Below are positions 61,740-64,000 of a stretch of 64,000 nucleotides of DNA, piece after piece. The stretch lies in NCBI RefSeq assembly GCF_000738915.1, contig NW_026515638.1, positions 332,882-396,881 of the forward strand, given 5' to 3'. Under the pieces are notes generated by a model that saw only the letters and a program-made list of their open reading frames with translations, was not told the origin of the DNA and ran no database searches. The stretch comes from Nematocida ausubeli (Eukaryota). How positions within the stretch are numbered: the stretch's first letter is position 1; each line of letters starts with the position of its first letter. Position numbers and translations under genes: made by a program.

Positions 61740-64000
61740 ACTTAGGCTATATGTACTTAACTTGCATAGTTTTGGATCTTACACATCAAGCATACGTAAA
61801 ATGTAGCATCTTTTAGTATTTATTCTGCCTGGAAACATACTCAAGTTTCAGAGTATAATTGTTTCTGATTAACAGGCTAATTGGCTAATTAATTTTAACT
61901 CTGGCATGATCTACATTTAATTGAAATTTTATTGTCTAGTATCCAGAGATTTTTGCTGCAATAAAATCCATGCGTTTCTACCCAAGGGCCTGGCATCTCT
62001 AAGATCTAAATATTTCTAGAATAATTTAGAGAATTGGTAATCAGAGCACGCCATGAAGAAACCATAAAGGAATGTGTAAAAATAAGCACATGCTAATAAA
62101 CACACTCAAACACAATACACTCTGTTTTATACTATTATTCTCTGGCATGAATGATTCCAGCCTGAGAAGTGTCATATAAAAGCACCTCTTTACACTTTAT
62201 TGTAGTATTCTTGGGTGTTTCAGCCTTAGATACTAGTTCTGAACAATAAATATACCAGGTCTGCCCGTATGCAGTGGTCTTTCATTTTAGAGGATTTTAA
62301 TATTTTCTGTGCTCCTCTTCAAAAATATAAAATACAAACATGTTTATTGGAATGTTCCTACATGAAGGCTTTAATTTTCTATTTTTCAGAAAACGCAGAG
62401 AAGAAAAGCAAGAATAAAATACAAGCTGCCAAAAAGTCTCAAACAAAGACAGAAAAACAAATATTTCTTAAAAAGAAAGCCCTCATAGTTGTAAGAGACT
62501 TATTTCTCTTCCCACTCACATATATACAAAATCTCATAATCTGTTTATTTATGCACTTGGCATAGCTAATCATTAAGGATCTTATTAAGCCAGTATAAGC
62601 CAAATGTACTAGCACACTTTTTGGTTTCAGATTGCAGTTTCTTAGCTTTCATATACTGTTTCATATCACATGATGCATAATTCTAGCATAAGCTTGTTTA
62701 AGATGGGTTTTTCCAGAGAAAACAGCTACAACTTTAGCCATATGTATTAAAAGTACTTTCGATTAAAGCTCAAGTTCTTTTTATTTTTTGTTCACTAGAC
62801 TTCTCGCTAGTGCTGAACTACTTACAAGCTTGCCAGTTTTATTATAGAAATCACTTAATCCACTATAGATTTTAGAAGAAATAGAAAGCATATTTTCTGG
62901 TATTAGGCTTCTGTAATTTCTTTTCCATAATACTTTATTGAAGAAGAGTAGAATTTCATTGAAATAGTATTTTTTATTTCGATTAACGTTGTTTCTAAGC
63001 AGATTCATGGTAGAATCTTCAATCCTTTTAGAAAAATGTGCAAATAAAGATTAATTCATCTGCATGGTGATAAAAATGTAATTATCATGCATTTTAACAC
63101 AATTAAATGTAATGAAAATCTATTTAACCATTATACACGAGCATTCAAAACTCAGGATATTTATAGATTAGTTCGCTTTAGTATTAGAGTAAAGGACCTC
63201 CTCAAATTCTAAATGTTTATACAGTGATAGTCAAATAAAATTTAGAATATTTTTCCTGCTTTCTTCTTTCTTAGAATTAGTCTGGCACTTCGAATAGGAC
63301 GGACAAAAGGCAAAATATCTGGCGCGCTATAGAGAGCAATATTCCTGCAAAGAAATAGTAGTCTAGAACCTACAGAGTATTTATTTTGGATGTTTTATTC
63401 GTATATCTTTGCATATGCGCTGTGGATATTTCTTTTTGTACTTGGTTTGTTCTTGGTAATTGGCATATACTGCTATTTCAATAGTCTCACATGATTACAT
63501 AGTGCTTCTTTGATTTGCAGATTTTCTGGTGGTATTTTCCTTTATACTAGGAGTCTCTTGGCCTCGTATCTAAAGACAAGTAGGAGTTTTACTGCAGCAA
63601 GGCTTAAGAATTTTTAGTGTATTTCTTTCTAGATATCTTGACTAGAACTATTATGAATAGAAAAGTTATGATTTATGCTAAATAATCTATTTAGATATTA
63701 CAACTAGAAAGAATACTCTTCATCTCAAGGTTTATAAATTTCTGCTCTCATCTAAGAGAATAGTATACTATTATGAACATCATTATTGGTAAGCAAAGTA
63801 GTTTAGTTATGACTATTTTACGACTTTTTCAGAAATTGAATTTCTTGGAGTATTTCTAAAATTACTACTTTCACTAAGTATTGCAGGCATTTTAAGATCT
63901 CTTCAACAGAAGAAGCATATCTTAAATTCATGGTTTCATTCTGCTTCTATTTTTAAGAAAGTTTTTAAGCAGTTATAGACATCTTTAGCCTTAGAATCAT

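Noticed and set aside
1..64000. tRNA, rRNA, CRISPR arrays and spliceosomal introns
   Set aside because: No cloverleaf or T-loop signature, rRNA motif or repeat-spacer array was seen by eye, and all recognised genes read as single ORFs. tRNAscan-SE would be needed to be certain.

Overview
Eukaryotic, gene-dense, apparently intron-free DNA. It has short, strongly reduced fungal-type housekeeping proteins, spacers of a few bases between many genes, and AAATTT/CCC-type motifs just before start codons. This is typical of a microsporidian; Nematocida-like is my inference. About 37 CDSs are supported. Housekeeping genes include a DIS3-family RNase (partial), an NSR1-like RRM protein, calponin/transgelin, SAC1, a sedlin-like TRAPP subunit, beta-tubulin, NUG1/GNL3, RAD3/XPD, a P5-ATPase, URM1, NUP54/57, TRM5, RPB4, a TFIIIC B-block subunit, BUB3, a TTI1-like protein, an ARF GTPase, NOT2, IPI1, ROM2, TFIIF-alpha, a TBC RabGAP and a CTLH protein. 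Several lineage-specific secreted or membrane proteins are interspersed. Three things are not explained by these genes. (1) A ~1.3 kb non-coding element occurs twice in inverted orientation ~40 kb apart (12816-14114 and 54088-55401). Its ~475 nt core looks identical in both copies and holds three CGCAATT sites, a TATA box and a GC-rich hairpin-dense region with UUCG and GCAA tetraloops and a CTAACCCT motif; it is a candidate multicopy structured ncRNA or LTR-like element. (2) A stand-alone Ty1/copia-Gag-like ORF with a CCHC knuckle is bracketed by an exact 15-bp direct repeat. (3) A Rad51-paralog-like protein has degenerate Walker motifs. All gene identities come from motif recognition by eye, not database searches.
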